Shown: positions 9,648 through 19,535, counted from the first letter of the stretch. The stretch: 64,000 nucleotides of DNA from a virus (IMGVR_UViG_3300043177_000122:64001-128000); one strand, 5' to 3'. Notes: generated by a model not told the origin, from the sequence alone. Translations and numbers: made by a program.

Positions 9648-10233
9648 TCCATCAGATCAATTGGACGTTAAACTGGCATATTGCTTAGCTAAGTTTGGTC
9701 ATCGCGCCCAAACAAGAAAAGAGCTTACGGAAGGTAAACCCACTAGATATTTTGAGCATGTACGTAGAGTAGCAATTGTTCTTATGGATGAAATGAAAAT
9801 CATTGATCGTGATATGATTATTACCGCTCTACTTCATGATTCAATCGAAGATACACATGATTTAACGCCAGAACTATTAGAGCATTGCTTTGGATCTGAT
9901 GTAATCACTATGATTAAGCTGCTTAGCAAAGTTCCCAAGGAAGGATACATTGAGAGATTAGGAAATTGCCATAACTGGAAAGTATTAGCAATTAAAGCTT
10001 GTGATAGATTAGATAATCTGCGATCTTTAATGATACCGGGGACCAGTTTGGAGTTTCAAAAGAAACAAATTGCAGAAACTAAAGAAAAGTATTTCCCTAT
10101 ATTTGACAAGCTGATTAATAATCTATGTCCTCAAGAACACGTTGAAAATGTTTCGAAGGTCCGAGATGAAATTAGAAGATTAATTGAGCGATATAATACC
10201 ATTATTGAATTTCAGGAAGGAAAAACTGCATGA
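9601..10233 (+). CDS. RelA/SpoT-type HD hydrolase (small alarmone hydrolase/MESH1-like)
   Basis: H..Q.RK...YFEH..RVA, LLHDSIEDT, IKACDRLDNLR. Confidence 0.8.
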   Translation: MENKETFQARIQPYFSPSDQLDVKLAYCLAKFGHRAQTRKELTEGKPTRYFEHVRRVAIVLMDEMKIIDRDMIITALLHDSIEDTHDLTPELLEHCFGSDVITMIKLLSKVPKEGYIERLGNCHNWKVLAIKACDRLDNLRSLMIPGTSLEFQKKQIAETKEKYFPIFDKLINNLCPQEHVENVSKVRDEIRRLIERYNTIIEFQEGKTA

Positions 10234-10823
10234 CTTGTATTGTAGGATTAGTACACGATGGTGATGTATACATTGGCGGAGATAGTGCCGGTGTAGCTGG
10301 ATTATCTATTTCCATCAGGGCTGACGAGAAGGTATTTGGTAATGGGCCATTCATTATGGGTTTTACTACCTCATTTCGTATGGGTCAGTTACTAAGGTAT
10401 AAGTTATCACCCCCTGCACAGACTGTACATCAATCTGATATGGAATATATGGTAACCAGTTTTATTGATTCATGTCGTCAATGTTTTGCTGGCAATGGTT
10501 TCGGCGATAAAGACGCCACTATGGGTGGTAACTTTTTAGTAGGATACAAAGGAAAGCTTTACAACATTGAAGGTGATTATCAAGTAGGTGTTCCTAAGTC
10601 CCCATTTGATGCAGTTGGTTGTGGTTCTGATTTAGCCCTTGGCGCCATGTATGCTACCGAAGGTTTAAAGCCAGAAGAAAGAATCAATGCTGCCTTAGCA
10701 GCCGCCAGTACTTTTAGTGCCGGTGTTGCTCCCCCTTTCATTATTTTGAAGCTAGAGGGCGAGAATAAGACCAAAGCCAAGTCCAAACCAAGGAAGAAGT
10801 CGGCCAAGAGATCGGTAAAGTAA
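10230..10823 (+). CDS. Ntn-hydrolase (proteasome beta/HslV-like) protein
   Basis: Starts M-TCIVG (Thr nucleophile position), IGGDS, DEKVF, AVGCGS..ALGA; basic C-terminal tail. Confidence 0.65.
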   Translation: MTCIVGLVHDGDVYIGGDSAGVAGLSISIRADEKVFGNGPFIMGFTTSFRMGQLLRYKLSPPAQTVHQSDMEYMVTSFIDSCRQCFAGNGFGDKDATMGGNFLVGYKGKLYNIEGDYQVGVPKSPFDAVGCGSDLALGAMYATEGLKPEERINAALAAASTFSAGVAPPFIILKLEGENKTKAKSKPRKKSAKRSVK

Positions 10824-10838
10824 TAAATTGTCGTGCCC

Positions 10839-10866
10839 TTGACTTGCCACACGACAGCCTTATGTT
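10839..10866 (+). promoter_or_regulatory. sigma70-like promoter with flanking inverted repeat
   Basis: TTGACT-N16-TATGTT; TGTCGTG (10829) / CACGACA (10850) brackets the -35. Confidence 0.6.
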
Positions 10867-10950
10867 ATAGCTAGGCTGATGGGAGAGGTGTGTCTTAGGC
10901 ACGCCCTTTTAACTGGACCGCACTTACCCAATCGTAATAAGGTGAAAAAA

Positions 10951-12825
10951 ATGACTCCGAATCGTATCAGAGAGTTAGAGAACAAGATTTTCAAAGCTCG
11001 TACGGACTACTACAACCATCAACCTACTGTTTCTGACAAGGTGTATGATGCTTGGGTAGATGAACTACGCACTCTTGACCCTTCTAACAAGGCCGTAACT
11101 GCCATTGGTGCTCCAGTTGTTCCTTCTGAATGGACTAAAGCTAAGCATCAGATTCCAATGGGATCCTTGGATAAAGTTAATACTCCTGCCGAATTCTCTA
11201 AATGGGTAGAGGATACGTATCCTGATGGTAAGCTTCTTATCACCGAAAAGCTTGATGGACTCTCCATTGAGGTTATTTATGAGAATGGGCATCTTGTTCA
11301 GGCCATTACTCGTGGTGATGGTGACATTGGTGAAGATATTACTGTCAACGTTGTCAAGATGGGAGGCGTTCACTCTCACCTAAAACACAATTTTACCGGC
11401 TCTTTACGTGGTGAAATCATTATGAAGAAGAGCATTCATAAGCAATTCTTTGCTGATAAAGCTAATCCGCGTAATGCAGCATCAGGCACTAGTAAGCGTT
11501 TGGATGGTGTGGGTGTCGATAAGCTCAACATTTTGTTCTATCAAGCACTTGGTGATGTTGATTTTGGTGTGGAGCAAGCTCAATTCGCCTGGCTTGTTAA
11601 CCAAGGGCTAGATACGCCTAACTGGTGGGTAGTTAAAACTGCCGATCAAGTCAATAAATTCTGGCGTGATTACCAAGATACCAAGCGTGACAACCTGGAT
11701 TATGATATTGACGGATTAGTTATTCGTGTTGATGATATGGCCAAGCAGATGGCTCTAGGCGAGAAAGACCTCCGTCCCAAAGGAGCAATTGCGTTCAAGT
11801 TTGAAAATGAAGCTCGCGAATCTATCATTCGAGACATTGTTTGGCAGGTTGGTAACTCTGGTCGCCTAACTCCTGTTGCCACTGTTGATCCTGTTCAATT
11901 AGTTGGCGCTACCATTACACGAGCCAGCCTCTATAATTACTCTTATATTGAAGAACTGAGTCTTGATATTGGCGCCACTGTTCTTGTGGCGCGAGCTAAT
12001 GACGTTATTCCTCGTATTGAAGAGACTATCAAGAAGACAGGTACTGTGGCTAAGCCGCCCAGCAAATGCCCTGAGTGTGATGGTAAGACTGTTTTCGATG
12101 GGGAGAATCTCGTCTGTACTAATACTGAGTATTGTCGAGCACAGATCATTGGTCGTATTAAAAATTGGATTAAAGAACTTAACCTTCTTGAGTGGGGCGA
12201 TACTCTTGTTGAGAAGTTAGTTGAGGCAAAGAAGGTCAAGAACATTGCTGACTTGTACAAATTGAAAGTGGATGATATCGCTAATCTTGACCGTCTTGGT
12301 GAAAAGACAGCAAAGAAGGTGCTAGATATTCTTTGGGCCAACAAGAAAGTGCCTTTAGAAGTTTTTCTAGGTGCATTATCCATTCCTCTTATTGGGCAGG
12401 CTTCGATTAAATTAATTATGAAAGCCGGCTGTGATACTTTAGAAAAGTTTGGGCAATTAAATGCCGATGCTTTTGAACAAGTTCCTGGTCTTGGTCCGAT
12501 TAAAGCAAAATCACTGGCTGACGGTCTTAAAAATAACCAACAACTCATTCTTGATTTATTAAAAAATGGCATTGAAATCAAAGAGGCAATTGATGGTAAA
12601 TTAACCGGCAAAAGCTTTGCCATTACTGGGACTCTTTCTATCAAGCGTGCAGAAGTTGAAAAGATGATTGTAGATAATGGAGGAGAGGTTAAAAGTAGCG
12701 TTGGAAAGGGATTATCTTATCTAATCATTGCCGATCCTCAATCTGCCAGTAGCAAGGCCCAGGCGGCACGCAAATTGGGAACAATTCTTATCGACGAAAA
12801 GCAGTTTTTGGAATTGATTAAGTAA
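10951..12825 (+). CDS. ligA: NAD+-dependent DNA ligase
   Basis: EKLDG, RGE, NPRNAASG, DGLV, AIAFKF, C4 Zn finger, HhH repeats, C-terminal BRCT (FAITGTL). Confidence 0.96.
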   Translation: MTPNRIRELENKIFKARTDYYNHQPTVSDKVYDAWVDELRTLDPSNKAVTAIGAPVVPSEWTKAKHQIPMGSLDKVNTPAEFSKWVEDTYPDGKLLITEKLDGLSIEVIYENGHLVQAITRGDGDIGEDITVNVVKMGGVHSHLKHNFTGSLRGEIIMKKSIHKQFFADKANPRNAASGTSKRLDGVGVDKLNILFYQALGDVDFGVEQAQFAWLVNQGLDTPNWWVVKTADQVNKFWRDYQDTKRDNLDYDIDGLVIRVDDMAKQMALGEKDLRPKGAIAFKFENEARESIIRDIVWQVGNSGRLTPVATVDPVQLVGATITRASLYNYSYIEELSLDIGATVLVARANDVIPRIEETIKKTGTVAKPPSKCPECDGKTVFDGENLVCTNTEYCRAQIIGRIKNWIKELNLLEWGDTLVEKLVEAKKVKNIADLYKLKVDDIANLDRLGEKTAKKVLDILWANKKVPLEVFLGALSIPLIGQASIKLIMKAGCDTLEKFGQLNADAFEQVPGLGPIKAKSLADGLKNNQQLILDLLKNGIEIKEAIDGKLTGKSFAITGTLSIKRAEVEKMIVDNGGEVKSSVGKGLSYLIIADPQSASSKAQAARKLGTILIDEKQFLELIK

Positions 12826-12867
12826 AAACTACGTATATTATGAGAAAACGAAAAGTTTATTTAGCAG

Positions 12868-13458
12868 ATGTTCCTAACTCCCCCCACATCACGAGCAGTT
12901 TATTTTAATGGCGCCATTTGGAAACCAGTGGTAGATGAAACTTACTACAATGTAGGTGAGCTTATTGAATGTCAGTTGAAAGCTGAATCAGGCGAGTCTG
13001 TTTTACTAGTTGGAGGCAAACTTCGTGGATATTTAGAAACCTGGTTTGAGGTTTTCCGAAATAAAGAAGCAAAAAAGTGCCGAATACAGGGTTGTGAAAT
13101 CGGACCACCTTTCATTCGTGAGTTATGTAATACTCATTACCAACGAGCACAAAGATGCGGTGATGAAAATTACGTTCCACAAATAGCTCCAAAGGGTACA
13201 GGATTTATAAACAAAGCCGGTTATCGTATAATTTTAGATGGTAATGGTGGTAAAATAAAAGAACACAGATTGGTAATGGAGCAGCATTTGGGAAGAAAAC
13301 TATTATCTCATGAGAATGTTCATCACAAAAATGGCAATAAATCTGATAATAGATTAGAAAATCTTGAATTGTGGAGCACAAAACAACCGCAGGGTAAGAG
13401 AATAGAAGATTTAATTTTTTATGCAAAAGAGATTTTATCTCTTTATGAAGGTGAATGA
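12868..13458 (+). CDS. HNH (HNH_3-like) endonuclease, possibly fused to a small upstream ORF
   Basis: C...GC...LC..HY, EHRLVME.HLGRKL...ENVHHKNG.KSDNRLENLELW. Confidence 0.75.
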   Translation: MFLTPPTSRAVYFNGAIWKPVVDETYYNVGELIECQLKAESGESVLLVGGKLRGYLETWFEVFRNKEAKKCRIQGCEIGPPFIRELCNTHYQRAQRCGDENYVPQIAPKGTGFINKAGYRIILDGNGGKIKEHRLVMEQHLGRKLLSHENVHHKNGNKSDNRLENLELWSTKQPQGKRIEDLIFYAKEILSLYEGE

Positions 13459-13868
13459 TGTGGTTTCGTAATTTGATTGAAAACATTAAATCATTTTGGT
13501 GGTATTCAAGTGAAGGTCAGTTTGGAGCATTAGAAATGGAAGGGCCCATCATCAAAAGAGACCCTTTAGATAAAGAGCGCCCCAATTTCTATATTGGTAA
13601 AATTACACCAGACAGTATGTTTGATTGGGAAGTAATAGAGATTATTGATGACAACAATATCAAAATAAAAGTATTGAAAATCTATCACGATCGTATGGAT
13701 AGATATCTTGATGAGGGCAAAGTGTATCCCGTATTCAAACATTCTGGATGGAATGATGCAACGATGCAGATATGGGAAATTGCCCCAGAACATATGAAGC
13801 GAGATGTTTCGCAGGTTATTCTTATGTGGGATAAGGGGGTTGGATGGAGTTGGGATTTAGATACATAG
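13455..13868 (+). CDS. Hypothetical protein
   Basis: ORF overlaps upstream stop; operon context only. Confidence 0.5.
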   Translation: MMWFRNLIENIKSFWWYSSEGQFGALEMEGPIIKRDPLDKERPNFYIGKITPDSMFDWEVIEIIDDNNIKIKVLKIYHDRMDRYLDEGKVYPVFKHSGWNDATMQIWEIAPEHMKRDVSQVILMWDKGVGWSWDLDT

Positions 13869-13881
13869 TCTATAGGGTTAA

Positions 13882-14229
13882 ATGTTCAATTCATTATTAT
13901 TGCAGGGCCTTTATCAAAAGTTTCCGCTCTTTACAAAATACATATTCTTGCATCCAGATGGTTATGAAGGCAAATTATTTAACTTCTCTTCTGATTTAGA
14001 GAAAATTGGCATAGAGTGGGACGTCTCAATTAGAAACGGAACTTATATAGATGTAATTTCAGAGCCAATAGAAATTACTAGGCCCCAATATGGCGCTATC
14101 TCTGTTGTTAAAATCAAAGCTGATGTAGCAACCGACTATCATACGATAATCAAAGAGTTTTGGGTGCCTATCACATGTGTCGTGAAAGTAGAAAACAATG
14201 CAATTGAAAGTTCTGAACTCTCAGATTGA
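13882..14229 (+). CDS. Hypothetical protein
   Basis: ORF in + strand operon. Confidence 0.45.
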   Translation: MFNSLLLQGLYQKFPLFTKYIFLHPDGYEGKLFNFSSDLEKIGIEWDVSIRNGTYIDVISEPIEITRPQYGAISVVKIKADVATDYHTIIKEFWVPITCVVKVENNAIESSELSD

Positions 14230-15064
14230 TCACTCAGTTAACTTTGTCGAAGAACAATTGGTGGGTTTTCTTGAATCGCGCTTCGTCCGGAAGTGTGATG
14301 AGTACTTTATTGCCTATCTGTCATCTCAGACAGGCTGTAACCGTGGTTGTACCTTCTGTCACTTGACGGCAACGGGCCAGACATCCTTTGTGGATACCAG
14401 TCACAATGACTTTATGGCCCAGGCCATTCAAGTCTTCAAGCATTACCGCAGTCAAAAGAAGCCTGCTAAGTACATGCACTACAACTTTATGGCTCGTGGA
14501 GAACCCCTTGCCAATCAAATCCTATTGGATTCTGGTGATGAGCTTCTATCCAAGCTAGGTCAAGTGGCTAAAGATGAGGGTTTGTCCGCTAAGTTCAACA
14601 TCTCTACCATTATGCCACTGACTCTAAAGAAGTCTTTGACCAGTGTTTTCAGTTACATCAACCCAACAATCTACTACTCGCTGTATCATACCGATGAAGT
14701 GTGGCGCAAGAAGTGGATGCCAGCAGCTATGCCCGTATCTGAAGCTCTTTTCATGCTAAAAGAGTACCAAGAATTTTCTAAGAAGATAGTCAAAATCCAT
14801 CACACCTTTATTGCAGGAGAGAATGATTCTGAAGAATCCGTTCACGCTGTGTGCGATGCTACTGAAAACCACAAGTTAATTTGTGAATTTAACTTAGTCC
14901 GCTATAATCCCGCATCAGAAGATCAAGGAATTGAAAGTTCCGATGAAATAATTAGTCGTAATATCGGCATTATGAAGGATAGATTTAGATTCAATACGAA
15001 GGTTCAAACAATTCCTCGTGTTGGGTTTGATGTTAAAGCTTCTTGTGGAATGTTTGTAGAATGA
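14198..15064 (+). CDS. RlmN/Cfr-like radical SAM enzyme
   Basis: LSSQTGCNRGCTFC (CxxxCxxC), MARGEPL, YYSL, NLVRYN, GFDVKASCGMF. Confidence 0.8.
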   Translation: MQLKVLNSQIDHSVNFVEEQLVGFLESRFVRKCDEYFIAYLSSQTGCNRGCTFCHLTATGQTSFVDTSHNDFMAQAIQVFKHYRSQKKPAKYMHYNFMARGEPLANQILLDSGDELLSKLGQVAKDEGLSAKFNISTIMPLTLKKSLTSVFSYINPTIYYSLYHTDEVWRKKWMPAAMPVSEALFMLKEYQEFSKKIVKIHHTFIAGENDSEESVHAVCDATENHKLICEFNLVRYNPASEDQGIESSDEIISRNIGIMKDRFRFNTKVQTIPRVGFDVKASCGMFVE

Positions 15065-15867
15065 AGGATAAATATCTTTGGTTTACAGATACACATCTCG
15101 ATAAGGTTCCACCTTGGGATCTTATTAGACTACTTTTGCATATCATAAAAGAGGATCCAAAAGGCATCTTTTTAACAGGAGATATCTCTAATGGACTTCT
15201 AACTCCATGGCATTTAAGAATGATTGCCACTTTTGTAAAGTGCCCAATCTATTTTGTGTTAGGAAATCATGATTATCATTTCTCTTCAATCGAGAAAACT
15301 CATCAAAAAGTTCGCGCCCTTTGTAAAGAATTTCCCAATCTTATTTGGATGACAGAGGCGGGCGTTGTTCATCTCAATGAAGAAGTGGCCTTAATTGGAA
15401 CTGAAGGCTGGTATGATGCCAATAATGGTAAACCAGAGTATCTTCAGTTCACTTTTGATTGGATGTTAACGGAAGATTTTCGTAAACTATCTGATATGAA
15501 AGCAAGAATTGAGGCTTGGCGAGCAATTGCTGATCAAAGTACCTACTATTTGGTTGATAAAATTGAAAAAGCCATCGAACAAGGCTATAAGAATATCTAT
15601 GTTCTAACACATTTCCCGCCTTGGAAAGAGGCAACTCGTGATGTTGGAACGGTTTTTGAAAAATTTTGGATGCCATATAATGTGAATGTACGCCTTGGTG
15701 TAGCCTTAGAAGAGGTCATGGTTAACCATAAAAAGAAACACATCACAGTATTGGCAGGCCACACTCACACTGATTGCTGGATTCACGTGTCTCGTAACAT
15801 TGAGTGTAAAGTAAGTAAAGCAAAGTACTATGTTGAAATTCGTAACGATGAGCACATTTTTATTTAG
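15061..15867 (+). CDS. Calcineurin-like metallophosphoesterase
   Basis: TDTHLD, TGDIS, LGNHD, THFPP, AGHTH. Confidence 0.8.
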   Translation: MKDKYLWFTDTHLDKVPPWDLIRLLLHIIKEDPKGIFLTGDISNGLLTPWHLRMIATFVKCPIYFVLGNHDYHFSSIEKTHQKVRALCKEFPNLIWMTEAGVVHLNEEVALIGTEGWYDANNGKPEYLQFTFDWMLTEDFRKLSDMKARIEAWRAIADQSTYYLVDKIEKAIEQGYKNIYVLTHFPPWKEATRDVGTVFEKFWMPYNVNVRLGVALEEVMVNHKKKHITVLAGHTHTDCWIHVSRNIECKVSKAKYYVEIRNDEHIFI

Positions 15868-16579
15868 CCTTCTAATTTCATGTCAACAAGAGGTAACTCC
15901 TGCCCCAGTTATACCATCTGAAGATATTGGAGCTATTTATATTCCACCGCCCACCCCACCCGTTGTACAACCAACTATTTGTTCTGAAGATATGGTATTC
16001 GTTTCTAATGGCAAATTTTGTATTGATAAATACGAATGGCCTAATAAGAAAAATACATTGCCAGATTTTGCAATGACGGCTTTTGAAGCAGAAAAATTAT
16101 GTGAAAGTATTAAAAAACGTTTATGTACTCATACTGAATGGCTTAATGCGTGTCTTGGAAAAGATAGCTTACGTTATGGGTATGGTAATTTTTGGCAAAA
16201 AGATGCCTGTAATGACAATACTAACACAAAATATATTCCTGTTAACTGGGGTAAAATGAATGAAGGTCGAGATGCCTGGAAATCATATGCGAAAACTCTA
16301 TATAAAGGAAAACCAAGCGGCTCAATGGAACAATGTTTTGTTAGCGAGGCCAATGATAGAGTTTATGATATGATTGGTAATGTCAGAGAGTGGGTTCGCG
16401 ATCCTGCAGGATATGGTGGATATGCTTTTGAATCTTCTTTTTGGCATGGAACTATGCAAGGTCCTCAAGGTTGTGGTTTTGTAGTCCGCTCTCATGCTCC
16501 TGAATTTGCTTCTTATGAAGTTGGAACACGTTGCTGTAAAGAGACAAACAATGTTAAAGATAATCACCAGCCACAATAA
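15848..16579 (+). CDS. Lipoprotein with formylglycine-generating-enzyme (FGE/SUMF1)-like domain
   Basis: Lipobox LISC; FCIDKYE, KRLCT..EW..AC, VYDMIGNVREWV, GTRCC. Confidence 0.7.
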   Translation: MSTFLFSLLISCQQEVTPAPVIPSEDIGAIYIPPPTPPVVQPTICSEDMVFVSNGKFCIDKYEWPNKKNTLPDFAMTAFEAEKLCESIKKRLCTHTEWLNACLGKDSLRYGYGNFWQKDACNDNTNTKYIPVNWGKMNEGRDAWKSYAKTLYKGKPSGSMEQCFVSEANDRVYDMIGNVREWVRDPAGYGGYAFESSFWHGTMQGPQGCGFVVRSHAPEFASYEVGTRCCKETNNVKDNHQPQ

Positions 16580-16778
16580 ACAAGACGTAACATATACTTT
16601 TACTATTGGGCAAAACTTTCCACAAATTGAAGGAAAGTTATTAAGTGTTGAGCTTAGTGGTAAAGAGCTAGAAAAATTCCTGGAAGTCCGAGAGGTTCCT
16701 GTGAATGAAATGAAATGTGCTACCTGGTGTAATGAATATGCTGGTCGTGTCTTGAAGTTATTACGAGAGATATTATGA
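16551..16778 (+). CDS. Hypothetical protein
   Basis: Short ORF overlapping its neighbours. Confidence 0.4.
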   Translation: MLKIITSHNKQDVTYTFTIGQNFPQIEGKLLSVELSGKELEKFLEVREVPVNEMKCATWCNEYAGRVLKLLREIL

Positions 16779-17083
16779 TTGAAGCTATCATTACATTTTT
16801 TGCGATCTATGGTTTAGCCTTCTTAATAAAAGAGAGTTCTGGCCCGTTTGATATTATGGATAAGACGCGTTCATGGCTTATGAGGAATAAGTATGTTGGA
16901 GTCTTCTTCTTTAAATTATTAGATTGTTACTTTTGTGTGGGTTGCCATTGTGGTTGGATCGTATACCTGCTAAGTCACGACTCTTATAAGTGGCATTTTT
17001 TTGTATTGTGGACCCTTGCGGGCGGAGCAATTAGCCTTATATTGAACGGGCTGTTGACGAAGCTACACTCTTCGCACGGCTAA
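16775..17083 (+). CDS. Small membrane protein (DUF1360-like)
   Basis: Hydrophobic helices; LLDCYFCVGCHCGW. Confidence 0.45.
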   Translation: MIEAIITFFAIYGLAFLIKESSGPFDIMDKTRSWLMRNKYVGVFFFKLLDCYFCVGCHCGWIVYLLSHDSYKWHFFVLWTLAGGAISLILNGLLTKLHSSHG

Positions 17084-17103
17084 TACTTTTAGCGCATAAG
17101 TAG

Positions 17104-17310
17104 GTGAAACACTGCCTACTTTTGTTGTTTCTATTGACGAGTTGTGTCAAATTTGCTGCCCCCGTCCCATGGAAACAATCAGACAAATCTACAATAATTT
17201 GTACTGGAGATACTTGCTGTTATCCCCATACTCCGCAGACTATGCAGTGTATTTACAGCCGGCCATTGAACGGTACTGTAATTGTTTATATTAGAGTTGT
17301 TGAAAAGTAA
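17104..17310 (+). CDS. Small Cys-rich lipoprotein
   Basis: Signal peptide with LTSC lipobox; four further Cys. Confidence 0.4.
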   Translation: MKHCLLLLFLLTSCVKFAAPVPWKQSDKSTIICTGDTCCYPHTPQTMQCIYSRPLNGTVIVYIRVVEK

Positions 17311-17333
17311 TTTGTCGAGAAAAAGTTTAGATT

Positions 17334-17559
17334 ATGTCATTGAAAAAATGAAAATGACGCACTTCGAAAACGTAGTGGTACAGTCAAAATCAATAGTAAG
17401 TTGGTAAGTTTCCTTTATGAAATAATGAGGGATCATTTGCCAACTGGTACAGTCGAAGAAATAGTTCGAGCATCAGAGCAAGAATCAGAAGTAATTTATA
17501 CTAATGGTTGGCTTGCACAATATGCTGAAGATTTAGCAAACCGCCTGAAAGATAAATAA
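17334..17559 (+). pseudogene. Small hypothetical gene, +1 frameshift
   Basis: Removing one A from A6 (17343-17348) gives MSLKNENDALRKRSGTVKINSKLVSFLYEIMRDHLPTG...TNGWLAQYAEDLANRLKDK. Confidence 0.55.
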
Positions 17560-17567
17560 GAGAAAAT

Positions 17568-19064
17568 ATGAGTTTACCTGTCATTAAGGACCAATCCGTT
17601 ATTGATCGTATTAAAGTTGTAGAGTCTGTCAAGGGATGGACTTTAAACTTTACTGACATTGTAAATAACAACAACAAGTTCTATAATCTTGAAGTTGTGA
17701 AATCGTCAGATAATAGTTTCTATCTGTATACTGTGTATGGAAGAGTTGGAGCTAGCGGTGCTAAAGAGTATCGCGCTTGTTCTTCTCTTGCTCAGGCAGA
17801 AAAAGAAGCTGAAAGCATTATCAAATCCAAGAACAAAAAGGGATATATTGAAGTTAAACTTGCTAAAGCAGATGTTGGGTCTGAACAAGGTAAAGAGAAA
17901 GTGGATATTTCTGTTACCGTTGAGTCTTTGAAAAAGGCTGGCGTTCAAGTAAAAGAGGAGCCGCAAGTTGCAAGCAAATTGCACCCCGAGGTTCAAGATC
18001 TAGTTCGTACTTGGTTCGGTGTTACACAAGAGTTCGTCGAGTTGAACTTGGATACTAAGAAGTGCCCGCTTGGTCAATTATCTCTTGATCAGATTGATAA
18101 AGCCAAACAGATTCTTGGTGAAGCAACCAAGATTGTTAATCTCAAGAAACCAGATGTTGATGAGCTTAACAGTTTGACTAGCCAATACTACTCTAACATT
18201 CCACACGTACTCCCACATAGAATTAATGCCGATCTTCTGCGCTTTGATGATATGGCAAAGATTACTAAAGCACAAGATATTCTTGATGTCTTTGCAGATG
18301 CTAAAAATGTTCAAGCAGTTATTTCCAAGAAAAGCGCTGTAGATTCACAGTACGCAACCTTAAACGCTGGACTTGAGTATGTAGAACCTACCGATCCAAC
18401 TTGGAAATGGCTTGAGGCAATGGTTCATGAAACCCGCGCTTCAAATCACTCTGGTTTAGGTAAGATTAAAGTTCATAAAATCTTCAAACTTGCTCGTAAT
18501 GATGAGCAAAAACATTTTCTTGAGACGGCTGGTAAGATTGCCAAAGAATGTGGAAATTGGAATCCCTCTCCAATCTACTCTAACTTGGTTAAGAGGCGCC
18601 CTGATGTTCCGAAGGAGTTACAAGAGCTTTATGCTAAAGCTAACATCCTTCCAGGTTGGCACGGCACTCGTAGAGCCAATATGATTGGTATTACTACTAA
18701 AGGGTTGTTGATTCGCCCATCTGGTGTTATCCATGCGGGGTCTATGTATGGTGATGGTATTTATTGGGCCGTTCATAGCACTAAGTCTATTAATTATTGT
18801 GATGTCAAAGGCTCTTACTGGGCTCAGGGTGCTAATAAAACCGCTTATCTCTTCTTAGGAGACGTAGCCTTCGGTAATCAAAAAATGGCTGGCGGATCCT
18901 ACATGTATACCAAGAAGAACATTGCTCCAAACCATTCGGTGTGGGCCAAGTCTGGTGGTTGCTCAGGTCTATACAACGATGAGCTGATTACATATACTGC
19001 ATCTGGTCATGGCCAACAGCATGTACTTCGTTATATCATCGAATTTGAAACGCAGGCTCGCTAA
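17568..19064 (+). CDS. Poly(ADP-ribose) polymerase-like protein: WGR + helical regulatory + ART domains
   Basis: NNKFYNLEV..YGRVG (WGR); CPLGQLS, YYSNIPH (regulatory); WHGTR..N, GSMYGDGIYWA...KSINY, LYNDELITY, LRYIIEF (H-Y-E triad). Confidence 0.9.
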   Translation: MSLPVIKDQSVIDRIKVVESVKGWTLNFTDIVNNNNKFYNLEVVKSSDNSFYLYTVYGRVGASGAKEYRACSSLAQAEKEAESIIKSKNKKGYIEVKLAKADVGSEQGKEKVDISVTVESLKKAGVQVKEEPQVASKLHPEVQDLVRTWFGVTQEFVELNLDTKKCPLGQLSLDQIDKAKQILGEATKIVNLKKPDVDELNSLTSQYYSNIPHVLPHRINADLLRFDDMAKITKAQDILDVFADAKNVQAVISKKSAVDSQYATLNAGLEYVEPTDPTWKWLEAMVHETRASNHSGLGKIKVHKIFKLARNDEQKHFLETAGKIAKECGNWNPSPIYSNLVKRRPDVPKELQELYAKANILPGWHGTRRANMIGITTKGLLIRPSGVIHAGSMYGDGIYWAVHSTKSINYCDVKGSYWAQGANKTAYLFLGDVAFGNQKMAGGSYMYTKKNIAPNHSVWAKSGGCSGLYNDELITYTASGHGQQHVLRYIIEFETQAR

Positions 19065-19535
19065 ATGAATATTTTTGTGTTAGATACAAATGTAAAACTA
19101 GCCGCCCAGGCTCATGTTGACAAGCATTGCGTCAAAATGATTTTAGAAACAACGCAGCTACTTAATAATGCGTTGATTGTTGGATCCCCTGGTTATCAAC
19201 CGGTGTATAAACAAACACACAAAAATCATCCATGTAGTATTTGGACAACTGAGTCTGTTGATAATTTTAATTGGCTAAATAATCTTGGGCTAGCTCTTTG
19301 TGAAGAATATACGTTTAGATACAGCAAAACACATAAATGTCAGCCAATCCTAGAGCAATTTTCTTCTCTTATCGGCACATTAACTTTGCCCAAAATTGGC
19401 ATGACTCAATTTCAACTTTGTATGCCAGACCAATACAAAGTTGATGATCCTGTAGAATCATATCGTAATTACTATCGTGGTGATAAGGCATACATTGCAA
19501 AGTGGTCTAAACGCGAAAAACCTACTTGGTGGTAA
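19065..19535 (+). CDS. Pyrimidine-dimer DNA glycosylase (DenV/Pyr_excise)-like protein
   Basis: MNIFVLD...AA..H.DKH.VKMILE..QLL, YK.TH.NHPC..W, CMPD.YK..DPV.SYR.YY. Confidence 0.65.
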   Translation: MNIFVLDTNVKLAAQAHVDKHCVKMILETTQLLNNALIVGSPGYQPVYKQTHKNHPCSIWTTESVDNFNWLNNLGLALCEEYTFRYSKTHKCQPILEQFSSLIGTLTLPKIGMTQFQLCMPDQYKVDDPVESYRNYYRGDKAYIAKWSKREKPTWW

